DNA of 32,000 nucleotides from Alphaproteobacteria bacterium (lineage in GTDB: Bacteria; Pseudomonadota; Alphaproteobacteria; Rs-D84): positions 90,001 to 122,000 of the forward strand of contig JAFVFD010000004.1 in the NCBI GenBank assembly GCA_017475605.1, read 5' to 3'. The notes under the pieces are model-generated. The model saw only the letters and a list, made by a program, of their open reading frames with translations. It was not told the origin of the DNA and did not search any database. Below, one piece after another: positions 14,865 to 23,505 of the stretch (the first letter of the stretch is position 1; each line of letters opens with the position of its first letter). Position numbers and translations under genes: made by a program.

Positions 14865-17609
14865 TTATTCCGCAACCGGTGTATCGGCGGATACATTTTC
14901 ATCGGTGTTTTCTTCTTCGTTGCGTTCAATCGCAATTGCAGACATAACCTTTTCGTTTTCAGCCGTTCTGAACAATGTTACACCCGCGGTTGCGCGGCCC
15001 GCAATACGAACGTCCGCAACCGGTGTTCTGATAATCTTGCCACCGTCGGTAACCATCATAATATCATGGTTGTCATCAACCGGGAATGAACCTGCAACGG
15101 CGGTATTTTTACCACCCAGTTTGATGTTCGCAAATCCCGAACCGCCACGATGGGTGATACGATATTCATACGACGATGTGCGTTTTCCAAAACCGTTTTC
15201 AGATACGGTTAAAATAAACTGCTCGTTCGCCGCCATTTGTGCCATTTTCGCATCGTCCAAGACCAAGTCGGTTGCTTCTTCTTCTGCGTCTGCTTCTTCT
15301 TCGATACCGGTTGCGGCACGACGTGCGGCGCGACTTTGTTTAATATACGCGGCACGAACAGCGGAATCAGTTTCCCCATGGTTAAGCATCGCCATACCGA
15401 TAATACGGTCGTCTTTACCAAGGCTTAATCCACGAACACCTGTTGAATTGCGCCCCGAAAAGATACGAATTTCAGATACTGGGAATCGGATACAGCGGCC
15501 ACGATATGTAGCAAGGAATACATCTTGGTCTTCGTTACATGGCAATACAGAAATCAGACTGTCGCCTTCGTCTAATTTCATCGCAATCTTTCCATTTGCA
15601 CGAATCGAATCAAAGTCCGACATGCGATTGCGGCGCACCGTTCCAGACGCGGTCGCAAACATAAGGAAGTGTTCCTTGCCACTTTCCGCCACGCGTTTAA
15701 CATCTTCTTCGGGTACCGGCAAAATTGCGGTAATTGTTTCGCCGTTTTCCAGTGGCAAAAGGTTCACCAATGGGCGACCCTTGGCCGCGGCGGCGGCTTC
15801 TGGTAATTTGTATGTTTTTAATTTATAGCACAAACCTTTTGAACTAAAGAACAACAACGGTGTATGCGTATTCGCAACGAATACCTGGACCACATAGTCG
15901 TCATCCTTGGTCGTCATGGCATTGCGTCCCTTGCCACCGCGTTTTTGTGCGCGGTATGTATCCAGTGCAACACGTTTGATATACCCAGTATTCGAAACAG
16001 TTACAACCATATCTTCGCGGGCAATCAAATCTTCCATATCAATATCGATTTCCGCATCAGATATTTCAGTACGACGTTTTGACGACCAGTTGTCGCGTTC
16101 ATCAATTGTTTCATCGCGAATAATTTGAACAATACGTTCGTGGCTGCCCAAAATATCCAGCAAATCTTTAATCTGCGCCCCAAGGTCAACAAGGTCATTA
16201 TGTAATTTGTCGCGTTCCAGGCCGGTTAAACGATGCAATTGCAATTCCAAAATTGCGCGCGCCTGGTCATCGGACATGCGGAACATACCGTTTTCATATT
16301 CGGTGTTCGGGTCATCAATCAATTTGATATAGTTTTCAATATCCGCCGCATGCCATGTGCGCGCAACCAACTGTTCGCGGGCCGCATCTGGATTCGGACT
16401 GGACTTAATCAATTCGATAACCTCGTCCAAATTGCCAACCGCCACCGACAGCCCCAACAAAGTGTGCGCACGATTACGCGCCTTGTTCAAATCAAAGATT
16501 GTGCGACGACGGATAACTTCTTCGCGGAATTCAATAAACGCGTCCAACACACCACGCACACTGAACAGCATTGGTCGCCCACGATTCAACGCCATCAAAT
16601 TGACCGGGAAATTAGCCTGCATTTCGGTATATTGGAACAACTGATTCAATACCACATCCGGTATCGCATCACGTTTCAATTCGATTACGACACGCAAACC
16701 TTCCTTGGACGATTCATCGCGAATTTCGGCAATACCCTCGATTCTTTTATCCTTGGACAGTTCGGCGATTTTAATAATCATCTGCGCCTTGTTCACCTGA
16801 TACGGTATTTCATCAACGACGATAGCCGGATGATCGTGGAATGTTTCCATGTGCGTTTTCGCACGAACAATTATCGAACCACGACCGGTGGTGTGCGCCT
16901 TGTACGCGCCGGTGCGCCCCATAATTATTGCGCCCGTTGGAAAATCTGGCCCCGGTATAATTTCAAACAATTCATCATCGGAAATATTCGGGTTATCTAA
17001 AATTGCCAAAATACCGTTACAAAGTTCACCCAGATTATATGTCGGAACATTTGTCGCCATACCAACGGCAATACCCGAACCACCATTTACCAAAAAGTTT
17101 GGAAACTTGGTCGGCAAAACAACCGGTTCCTGTAGTGTTCCGTCAAAGTTCGGCTGCCAATCAACAGTATCTTTGTCCAAATCATCCATCATTGACGCGC
17201 CCAGTTTGGACAGGCGCGCTTCGGTATAACGCATGGCCGCGGCCTTGTCCCCGTCGCGCGAACCAAAGTTACCCTGGCCCTGGACCAGCATTTCACCCAT
17301 GGAAAAGTCCTGGCCCATACGAACCATAGCCTCGTATATAGAACTGTCGCCATGCGGGTGATATTTACCCATAACGTCCCCGACAATACGCGCCGATTTA
17401 ACGGTCGATTTCGTTGCCGGCGCAACATCGTTCATAACATACAAAATCCGGCGATGCACCGGTTTACAACCATCGCGCACATCGGGCAACGCACGATCGA
17501 CAATAACGGACATTGCATAGTCCAAAAAACTTGTCCGCATTTCGTGTTCCAACGACGATTGTGGAATTTTAATTTCGTTTATTTCATTTGATTCAATTAT
17601 TTCAGACAT
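14865..17609 (-). CDS. gyrA: DNA gyrase subunit A
   Basis: [38 protein letters not shown], the quinolone-region [27 protein letters not shown], and the active-site [11 protein letters not shown] chose the start at MSEIIES (17609). The 27-codon upstream extension in the track is hydrophobic and unlike GyrA. Confidence 0.95.
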   Translation of the reverse strand: MSEIIESNEINEIKIPQSSLEHEMRTSFLDYAMSVIVDRALPDVRDGCKPVHRRILYVMNDVAPATKSTVKSARIVGDVMGKYHPHGDSSIYEAMVRMGQDFSMGEMLVQGQGNFGSRDGDKAAAMRYTEARLSKLGASMMDDLDKDTVDWQPNFDGTLQEPVVLPTKFPNFLVNGGSGIAVGMATNVPTYNLGELCNGILAILDNPNISDDELFEIIPGPDFPTGAIIMGRTGAYKAHTTGRGSIIVRAKTHMETFHDHPAIVVDEIPYQVNKAQMIIKIAELSKDKRIEGIAEIRDESSKEGLRVVIELKRDAIPDVVLNQLFQYTEMQANFPVNLMALNRGRPMLFSVRGVLDAFIEFREEVIRRRTIFDLNKARNRAHTLLGLSVAVGNLDEVIELIKSSPNPDAAREQLVARTWHAADIENYIKLIDDPNTEYENGMFRMSDDQARAILELQLHRLTGLERDKLHNDLVDLGAQIKDLLDILGSHERIVQIIRDETIDERDNWSSKRRTEISDAEIDIDMEDLIAREDMVVTVSNTGYIKRVALDTYRAQKRGGKGRNAMTTKDDDYVVQVFVANTHTPLLFFSSKGLCYKLKTYKLPEAAAAAKGRPLVNLLPLENGETITAILPVPEEDVKRVAESGKEHFLMFATASGTVRRNRMSDFDSIRANGKIAMKLDEGDSLISVLPCNEDQDVFLATYRGRCIRFPVSEIRIFSGRNSTGVRGLSLGKDDRIIGMAMLNHGETDSAVRAAYIKQSRAARRAATGIEEEADAEEEATDLVLDDAKMAQMAANEQFILTVSENGFGKRTSSYEYRITHRGGSGFANIKLGGKNTAVAGSFPVDDNHDIMMVTDGGKIIRTPVADVRIAGRATAGVTLFRTAENEKVMSAIAIERNEEENTDENVSADTPVAE

Positions 17610-17691
17610 ACCAGTTTTCCCCTGTTTTTTAGCATAGTAAGCATAGCAAAAAATTAACAGTTCGGTCAAGACATAAAGCCTAAAAATCACA

Positions 17692-17719
17692 TTGACAAAT
17701 CAAGAGTTTGTAGTATAAT
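17692..17719 (+). promoter_or_regulatory. Consensus sigma70-type promoter upstream of the 41-codon ORF and rpmH
   Basis: Both hexamers are perfect: TTGACA (17692-17697)-N16-TATAAT (17714-17719). Confidence 0.55.
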
Positions 17720-17748
17720 AAACCGCAGAAATACGGGAAAAACGCAAA

Positions 17749-17874
17749 ATGAACACATCACCAAAAATATTTTTACCCCTTTGGCCAATTTTCGGGCAAT
17801 TTCTTGCCGCGATTTTTGTGTATTATTTGACATTAGAGGGGCTAAAAAAATTAGGTTTAATAAAATCTAAATAA
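17749..17874 (+). CDS. Speculative 41-aa hydrophobic peptide (single TM helix plus basic tail)
   Basis: ATG..TAA ORF below the track cutoff: MNTSPKIFLPLWPIFGQFLAAIFVYYLTLEGLKKLGLIKSK. It begins about 23 nt after the predicted start of the consensus promoter. It has only a weak SD (GGGAAA). Confidence 0.3.
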   Translation: MNTSPKIFLPLWPIFGQFLAAIFVYYLTLEGLKKLGLIKSK

Positions 17875-17879
17875 AAAGG

Positions 17880-17908
17880 TTGCGTTTTATAAAAACCTGT
17901 GATTAAAT
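17880..17908 (+). promoter_or_regulatory. Candidate proximal rpmH promoter (extended -10)
   Basis: TTGCGT (17880-17885)-N17 ending in TGa-TTAAAT (17903-17908), 22 nt upstream of the rpmH ATG. Confidence 0.35.
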
Positions 17909-17930
17909 AGGTGCGCAAAAGGATTTAGTT

Positions 17931-18083
17931 ATGGCAACAAAAAGAACATATCAACCGTCAAAAACCCGTCGTGTAAAAACACATGGGTTCCGCGAAAAAA
18001 TGGCAACAAAAAGTGGTCGCGATGTTTTGAATCGTCGTCGGGCGAAGGGTCGCGCACGCATCGCGGTATCTGCGATTAACTAA
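17931..18083 (+). CDS. rpmH: 50S ribosomal protein L34
   Basis: Below the track cutoff. [50 protein letters not shown] matches the L34 consensus (KRT.QPS...R..HGFR.RM.T..GR.VL..RR.KGR..L). SD AAGGA lies 8 nt upstream. Confidence 0.93.
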   Translation: MATKRTYQPSKTRRVKTHGFREKMATKSGRDVLNRRRAKGRARIAVSAIN

Positions 18084-18104
18084 TATATCGCAACGGCAAT
18101 TAAT

Positions 18105-18131
18105 AAAAAATCCGGCCATCGCCGGTTTTTT
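18105..18131 (+). terminator. Rho-independent terminator after rpmH
   Basis: A-run, stem CCGGC/GCCGG with loop CATC (18112-18125), then TTTTTT. Confidence 0.65.
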
Positions 18132-18145
18132 ATTTTACAAAAACA

Positions 18146-18175
18146 CAAACAAAAACCGGGGCGATTGCCCCGGTT
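18146..18175 (-). terminator. Rho-independent terminator after the thioesterase gene
   Basis: Stem CCGGGGC/GCCCCGG with a 4-nt loop (18156-18173), followed on the minus strand by TTTTTGTTTG. It starts 3 nt after the TAG at 18177-18179. Confidence 0.7.
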
Positions 18176-18176
18176 C

Positions 18177-18908
18177 CTATTCCCGATTTGCCCAACGACA
18201 AACAACCACCGCATGTTCGGCGGCATCGGTATAAATCTTGTGATACGATGTATCGCCGTCGATTTTAACATCAACATGAACTTCGGGTACCTCGGGGTTA
18301 ATTTCTTTTTTATAGTTTAATTCGATACCACAGAGTTTATGTTCGTTGCGATATGTATATCCAACACTTTCCGTTGCCCACACCGCATAGACCGCATTGT
18401 TAATATGCTGATTCACATCAATATCATCAAAACGGCATTTCATAATATGTGTTTTGTCTGCATCAAATGTTGGGAACTTGTCAAAAGTCCGATCCCACGC
18501 ACGCACCCCCAATAAAGATTCGGTTGGTAATTTCCCATCCAACGAAATCGGACGGCGGCGTTCCATATCAATCAACACCCATTGTGATGTCGCGCGAACC
18601 ATCAAACGACCATCGGACCCGCGCACTTCGAAATCACGCGCGGTGCGTAATGTGTCGGCAATTGACGGCCATGTGATAAATTGTAAATCTTCGTTTTCGT
18701 GTGGCAATTCGATTATATCAACCAAATAGTGTGTAACAACCCATGCCAAATTGTTAGCCAACAAAAATGTACGACCAACACCGATTTTTTCCGCGTGCGT
18801 GTCCGCCATTGATTGTAATTCATTCATTAAAATCAGCGGGCGCACATTACCGTATCTATCGCATTGATAGGCCTGTAACTTTCGTATTTCGGTGTATTTT
18901 TCTGCCAT
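18177..18908 (-). CDS. Acyl-ACP thioesterase family protein (FatA/FatB-like double hotdog)
   Basis: YQCDRYGNVRPLILMNELQSMADTHAEKIGVG...LAWVVTHYLVDI...DIDVNQHINNAVYAVWATE. The ATG overlaps the valS stop as TAATG (18906-18910). Confidence 0.85.
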   Translation of the reverse strand: MAEKYTEIRKLQAYQCDRYGNVRPLILMNELQSMADTHAEKIGVGRTFLLANNLAWVVTHYLVDIIELPHENEDLQFITWPSIADTLRTARDFEVRGSDGRLMVRATSQWVLIDMERRRPISLDGKLPTESLLGVRAWDRTFDKFPTFDADKTHIMKCRFDDIDVNQHINNAVYAVWATESVGYTYRNEHKLCGIELNYKKEINPEVPEVHVDVKIDGDTSYHKIYTDAAEHAVVVCRWANRE

Positions 18909-21313
18909 TATTTCCCCTCGCTATTTTCGGCAACAACAAAATCAACTGTATCACCCAACACTATTTCATTTGCGCGTGCGGCGGACTTAATCACCCCATG
19001 CAAGGCGGACGGTGTATTTGATGGAATTGTAAGTGTTTCCAATTTTGCGCCGTTGCCAACCTTGCGTTCCGTACGCAAACCACGCACCGTTTTTAATATA
19101 TCCAGCGCAATCTGCATTTCTGATACATCCGTTTCACGCGCGGCATCCACAACTGGATATGCTGTCCTGTGTAATGTTTCGCCACCCTCGATATCCTTAT
19201 AAATCTTTTGCCATAATTCTTCGGTTAAAAATGGTATAAATGGCGCATACATGCCGATAATGGCACGCAAAACTTCCCACAAAGTCCATTGGGCAGAAAG
19301 TTTTGATTCCGCAGAATATTTTTCAGGGCTCCAGAAACGATCCTTGATGAATTCCAGGTATTGATCACAGAACACTTCATAAAAGAATGTATCAATTGCC
19401 GCACGCGAATTTTGGTTATCGTATTTGTCCAAATATTTACGCACATCGGCGATTGTCTTGTTTAATTCTGACAATACCCACCTGTCTTCGATAAAGCGGT
19501 TTTCAATTTCAACCTTTTGTGCCGACTTTGGTTCAAACCCTTCCAGGTTCATTAATACATAACGCGCCGCATTCCAAATTTTTGTTAACAATTTAGAACC
19601 GCGTTTAACCTCGTCATCACTGTATCGCAGGTCTGTTCCGATTGGTGCCGTTGCCACCCAATAACGCAACGCATCGGCCCCAAACTTGTCCACAGTTGTC
19701 AATGGGTCGGTACCATTACCTTTGGTCTTGGACATCTTTTGCCCCTTGGCATCACGCACAAGTCCATGGAAATTAACTGTTTTGAACGGAACATCGCCCA
19801 TAACATAAATGCCCATCATAATCATACGCGCAACCCAGAAGAATATAATATCGGCCGCGGTATATAACAAATCGGTTGGATAATATTTCTTTAATTCATC
19901 TGTATCATCCGGCCAACCCAATGTTGAAAATGGCCACAGCCCAGATGAAAACCATGTATCCAGCACATCAGGGTCGCGAGTAAGTTGTTTACCACCCGAT
20001 TGTTTGATTGCATCTTCTTCGGTTTCGGCGACATATACATTACCATCCGCGTCATACCATGCCGGTATATGATGCCCCCACCACAATTGACGCGATATTG
20101 CCCATGGACGAATTTCGCGCATCCATGCCATAAACAGATTATAACGGTGTTCCGGCATAAACTTTATTTTGCCCTCTTCCACAGCCTTTATCGCAGGCAC
20201 CGCCAATTTTGGTGCATCAACAAACCACTGGTCAGAAAGCCATGGTTCCACGACCACGCCACCGCGTTCGGAATATGGTGTTGGAATAACTTTGTCTTCA
20301 ACTTTGACTAACAATCCCGCGGCCGCTATATCTTCCATAACCGCCTTGCGCGCATCATAACGGTCCATGCCCCAATACTTTTCAGGCACCGGCGCGGCAC
20401 TTATCATTTTTGCGGTTGGGGTTAAAATACAAACTGGTGTTAAATTATGGCGCAGACCAACCTCGTAATCGTCAAAGTCATGCGCAGGTGTAATTTTCAC
20501 CGCGCCAGTCCCCTTTTCTGGGTCGGCGTGTTCATCTGCGATAACCGGTATTTCAATGTTGGTAAGCGGAATAATCGCACGTTTACCAATAAGGTGTTTT
20601 AACTTTTCGTTTTCAGGATGCACCGCAATTGCCTGGTCGCCAAAAAGTGTTTCTGGACGCGTTGTTGCGATTTCAATAAAGCCCCCGTCAACCAATGGAT
20701 AGTTAAAATAATAAAACTTTCCGTTTTCTTCGCGTGTATCTATTTCCAAATCAGAAACCGTTGTTTGCTGTTTTGGGCACCAATTCACCATGCGTTTAGC
20801 GCGGTAAATTAATCCTTCGTTATACATTTTCACAAACAGTTTTGTAACGGCGCGCGACAACCCATCGTCCATGGTAAATCTTTCACGATGCCAAACCGGT
20901 GTAACGCCCAAAATATGTAACTGATTTATAATCTGACCGCCCTTGTCATTTTTCCATTTCCACGCACAGTCCAGTTTTTCTGCGACAGACAAACTGTGCG
21001 GATTTATACCGCGCTTTGATAAATCGCGTTCCACCAACAACTGTGTTGCGATTGATGCGTGGTCGGTACCAGGTTGCCATAAAACATCAAAGCCGTTCAT
21101 ACGCTTATAACGGCAAATAATATCGGTCAAAACATTATCCAACGCATGCCCCAGATGTAAATTACCCGTAACATTTGGTGGCGGCATCATCATACAGAAT
21201 GATTTTTTCGCGGATTTTACATCGTTATCCCAGAAATTATTATTATCCCAAAACTCTTGAATTTTGGTCTCAATTTCACGCGGATTTATGTTTTTACCTA
21301 ATTCAATATTCAT
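18908..21313 (-). CDS. valS: Valine--tRNA ligase, short form (801 aa) without the C-terminal coiled-coil
   Basis: MMMPPPNVTGNLHLGHALDN (HIGH region), WQPGTDHASIATQ, and KMSKTKGN (KMSKS). The protein ends soon after the anticodon-binding region. Confidence 0.93.
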   Translation of the reverse strand: MNIELGKNINPREIETKIQEFWDNNNFWDNDVKSAKKSFCMMMPPPNVTGNLHLGHALDNVLTDIICRYKRMNGFDVLWQPGTDHASIATQLLVERDLSKRGINPHSLSVAEKLDCAWKWKNDKGGQIINQLHILGVTPVWHRERFTMDDGLSRAVTKLFVKMYNEGLIYRAKRMVNWCPKQQTTVSDLEIDTREENGKFYYFNYPLVDGGFIEIATTRPETLFGDQAIAVHPENEKLKHLIGKRAIIPLTNIEIPVIADEHADPEKGTGAVKITPAHDFDDYEVGLRHNLTPVCILTPTAKMISAAPVPEKYWGMDRYDARKAVMEDIAAAGLLVKVEDKVIPTPYSERGGVVVEPWLSDQWFVDAPKLAVPAIKAVEEGKIKFMPEHRYNLFMAWMREIRPWAISRQLWWGHHIPAWYDADGNVYVAETEEDAIKQSGGKQLTRDPDVLDTWFSSGLWPFSTLGWPDDTDELKKYYPTDLLYTAADIIFFWVARMIMMGIYVMGDVPFKTVNFHGLVRDAKGQKMSKTKGNGTDPLTTVDKFGADALRYWVATAPIGTDLRYSDDEVKRGSKLLTKIWNAARYVLMNLEGFEPKSAQKVEIENRFIEDRWVLSELNKTIADVRKYLDKYDNQNSRAAIDTFFYEVFCDQYLEFIKDRFWSPEKYSAESKLSAQWTLWEVLRAIIGMYAPFIPFLTEELWQKIYKDIEGGETLHRTAYPVVDAARETDVSEMQIALDILKTVRGLRTERKVGNGAKLETLTIPSNTPSALHGVIKSAARANEIVLGDTVDFVVAENSEGK

Positions 21314-21343
21314 ATTTTTGGCCTTTTTATACTATTCCGCGCA

Positions 21344-21371
21344 ATTCTAGCAAATAAAATTGAAAATTCAA
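21344..21371 (-). promoter_or_regulatory. Candidate valS promoter
   Basis: Minus strand reads TTGAAT (21371-21366)-N16-TAGAAT (21349-21344). It is arranged back-to-back with the cassette promoter. Confidence 0.4.
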
Positions 21372-21398
21372 GCCACAAACCATACATTCCCCCAAGAC

Positions 21399-21426
21399 TT
21401 GACAAAGCCCTATTATGTGCGATAAT
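21399..21426 (+). promoter_or_regulatory. Candidate promoter of the three-gene ORFan cassette (extended -10)
   Basis: TTGACA (21399-21404)-N16 ending in TGc-GATAAT (21421-21426). Only 8 nt separate the -10 from the ATG at 21435 and there is no SD, so the first gene may be leaderless or nearly so. Confidence 0.5.
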
Positions 21427-21434
21427 ACCCTAAA

Positions 21435-21851
21435 ATGATTCAGGATACTATAACCACTTTGAAAGATATTGCAAAAGAGCAAACCGTATCCGTTGAGTAT
21501 TACCAAAACGGAAAATGCTATCGTATTCCGATGGCGGCATTTTTCTTGGATATATCATATGACCCATTTGATGACGAAGACGAAGATATGTCGTTGTACA
21601 TAAATTGCGACTATATTATGGTTCTTGGTACACCATACATGCGATTTTCAGTATCAGATATTGACCACAAATTGATTATCGCACCAATAATTGTACCGTT
21701 CGACAAAAAGAAGCAAAACCGGGTTCATCGCGAAATACTATCTTTGGTAAATATTTGTTCTAAACGAATTATAGCCCAGGAAATATCCCGGAACAAATAT
21801 GCCGTAGCAAGCGCAATAAACAGCATCGTTATGAATCAGGAGTACAGTTAA
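21435..21851 (+). CDS. Hypothetical protein P1 (138 aa, acidic), paralog of P3
   Basis: Uninterrupted ORF directly behind a strong promoter. It shares an N-terminal motif (TLKDIAKEQTVSVEYY..YRIP) and a C-terminal motif (ILSLVNICSKRIIAQE) with P3. It has the acidic insert DPFDDEDEDM. I recognise no known domain. Confidence 0.6.
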   Translation: MIQDTITTLKDIAKEQTVSVEYYQNGKCYRIPMAAFFLDISYDPFDDEDEDMSLYINCDYIMVLGTPYMRFSVSDIDHKLIIAPIIVPFDKKKQNRVHREILSLVNICSKRIIAQEISRNKYAVASAINSIVMNQEYS

Positions 21852-21867
21852 AAAAAAGGAGCATAAA

Positions 21868-22275
21868 ATGCGTCAAATCGTGTATAAAAACATTTTAAAA
21901 CTTATTGAAGAAAATGAACCCATCGTGGAAGCAACTAAAACAGGAACAAAATATACCTTATATGGTCGTCGTGGCGAAGTAATTTTAAGTACATATCACA
22001 ACAATCGCAAAATTGAATTATTTATCGGTGGTAGATTATTTGCATCTGCGGCGGCTGAAAGTTTTGATGGCACCGCAACCCCACATGCCAATCAATTATA
22101 CAACATAGAACGCAAATTACGTGGCGCAACACCAAAATGGCTTAGCAAAGACATCCATGCCGCAAAAAGCAACAAGGGCGCAACACCATCGCAGACGGCA
22201 ATTTTACAAAACGCATGGTGGAAATCACGCGTAATGAAACAGGCAATGTGTAACGCATTAGGCAATCAAAAATAA
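21868..22275 (+). CDS. Hypothetical protein P2 (135 aa, basic), N-terminally related to P1/P3
   Basis: Strong SD AGGAG (21857-21861) 6 nt before the ATG. The N-terminus NILKLIEENEPIVEATKTGTKYTLY parallels P1 and P3. It has an internal GATPKW / GATPSQ duplication. I recognise no known domain. Confidence 0.6.
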   Translation: MRQIVYKNILKLIEENEPIVEATKTGTKYTLYGRRGEVILSTYHNNRKIELFIGGRLFASAAAESFDGTATPHANQLYNIERKLRGATPKWLSKDIHAAKSNKGATPSQTAILQNAWWKSRVMKQAMCNALGNQK

Positions 22276-22287
22276 TCGCGACTTGTT

Positions 22288-22797
22288 ATGAAAAAATATC
22301 TAGAAACTTATTTAAGAAAAGTTATTCGTCAAGAATATGTTTCTGTGCATCACGATTATGATTCAGCAGAAACAACGTACATCATTCCATACAATGCATC
22401 GCTGGCATCACCAAAAATAAAATTATTGTTGTTGCAAAGCGCAGGTATCATAGAAGACGATGAAACTATTGACGATTACACCACATCAGAAATAGAAGAA
22501 ACATCAAAAAATCTTATCGATATTACGACACCAGAATTCGAAATATCTACATCACACTATATAAATAATCGTGGTGTATTGATGACACATTATATATTAA
22601 ATTTTGATGGGGATATATTGTTCCAAAAATCTTATCCATCAAATAAAATAAGCACGAAAAACCAAATGTTGCGATTGATAAAATTATGTTCAAATAAAAT
22701 CATTGATCAGGAACGTGCCGCACAAAAATTCAAAATGGAAAAAATGCTTATATCAACAAATATGTTTAATCTACGTGTGACACGCGACAAAAGGTAA
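22288..22797 (+). CDS. Hypothetical protein P3 (169 aa, acidic), paralog of P1
   Basis: YLRKVIRQEYVSVHHDY..TTYIIP and MLRLIKLCSNKIIDQE match P1. It has the acidic insert IIEDDETIDDYTTSEIEETS. It is very AT-rich with many ATA/AAA/TTA codons. Its 3' end overlaps the comF 3' end by 32 nt. No SD is visible. Confidence 0.55.
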   Translation: MKKYLETYLRKVIRQEYVSVHHDYDSAETTYIIPYNASLASPKIKLLLLQSAGIIEDDETIDDYTTSEIEETSKNLIDITTPEFEISTSHYINNRGVLMTHYILNFDGDILFQKSYPSNKISTKNQMLRLIKLCSNKIIDQERAAQKFKMEKMLISTNMFNLRVTRDKR

Positions 22798-23497
22798 CAC
22801 CGTAAACCGCCGCAGCACCTGCGGCGGTTAAAACTTTATACAGTTCATTAAATGTCGCACCAGTTGTCATAACATCATCAACCAGCAATATTTTCTTGCC
22901 ACGAATTTTATCTGGGTTGCGTACAGAAAACACATTATGAATATTGCGTGCGCGTTCCGCAGATGTTTTATGCCCCATATTTTCACGATAAACACGCGCA
23001 ACCGTATCTAAATCTAGTTTTACACCATACGCATGCGCAATTGGTCGCGCCAATAATGTCGCCTGATTATATCCGCGTTGGAACAAACGCCGGTTTGCCA
23101 ACGGCACAGGCATAACAATATCGGGTGTAATATCAACATCGCGCAATGCCCATATCATTGCGCGCGACATAAAACGCGCATATTGTGTACGGCCACCATG
23201 TTTATATGGTAACATCGCAGCGCGGGATGCATCATCATATACACATGCCGAACGAATTATATCCAATTCTGATTTTCCCGCCGCACATGTCGGGCACAGC
23301 ATATTCGGCGACAAATCAAAACTGGATGCGAATGGAAAACCACAACGCGCACATTTTGCACCATCAATCCAATTAAAAGATGTCCAACAATCGCCACATA
23401 ATTCGCCATGCGTTTCCACACGCGCATTACACAGCGGACACGATGGTGGGAATATAAAATCGATTAAACGCGATAAATACTTTCGCACAAATTCCAT
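22766..23497 (-). CDS. comF: ComF-family protein (ComFC-like phosphoribosyltransferase-fold)
   Basis: N-terminal zinc-finger cysteines FPPSCPLCNA...CGDCW...CARCGFPF...CPTC, and the PRTase motif KILLVDDVMTTGAT. I chose the ATG at 23497; the track start at 23512 is TTG. Confidence 0.85.
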   Translation of the reverse strand: MEFVRKYLSRLIDFIFPPSCPLCNARVETHGELCGDCWTSFNWIDGAKCARCGFPFASSFDLSPNMLCPTCAAGKSELDIIRSACVYDDASRAAMLPYKHGGRTQYARFMSRAMIWALRDVDITPDIVMPVPLANRRLFQRGYNQATLLARPIAHAYGVKLDLDTVARVYRENMGHKTSAERARNIHNVFSVRNPDKIRGKKILLVDDVMTTGATFNELYKVLTAAGAAAVYGVTFCRVSHVD

Positions 23498-23505
23498 TAC
23501 GAAAA

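Noticed and set aside
14905-15828. 307-aa plus-strand ORF, and similar long ORFs at 16233-17000, 9476-10042, 3874-4593, 12654-13103, 23656-24304 and 28608-29055
   Set aside because: All lie antisense to, and entirely within, strongly supported genes (gyrA, RND permease, truA/miniproteins, tolC/marR, the 427-aa protein, PBP). Their translations are low-complexity (S/A/P/R-rich) with no motifs. They are shadow ORFs.
17631-17648. Tandem 9-mers AGCATAGTA-AGCATAGCA upstream of gyrA as a regulatory repeat
   Set aside because: There are only two copies. They probably just supply alternative TATGCT -10 hexamers for a weak gyrA promoter (TTGACC at 17669-17664, N18). The evidence is not enough for a separate claim.
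17610-17690. N-terminal extensions proposed by the ORF track (gyrA to 17690, rmuC to 7109, truA to 4118, tolC to 12823, adaptor to 11481, PBP to 30689, comF to 23512, comEC from 1409, flavodoxin to 14192, mraY to 28232)
   Set aside because: Several begin at TTG or GTG (checked base by base: rmuC, truA, tolC, adaptor, PBP, comF, comEC). Several run through terminators or promoters, or add residues unlike the family N-termini. Internal ATGs with SD sequences or stop-start coupling fit better.
17827-17832. Second TTGACA hexamer inside the 41-codon ORF as an internal promoter
   Set aside because: No acceptable -10 hexamer lies 16-19 nt downstream.
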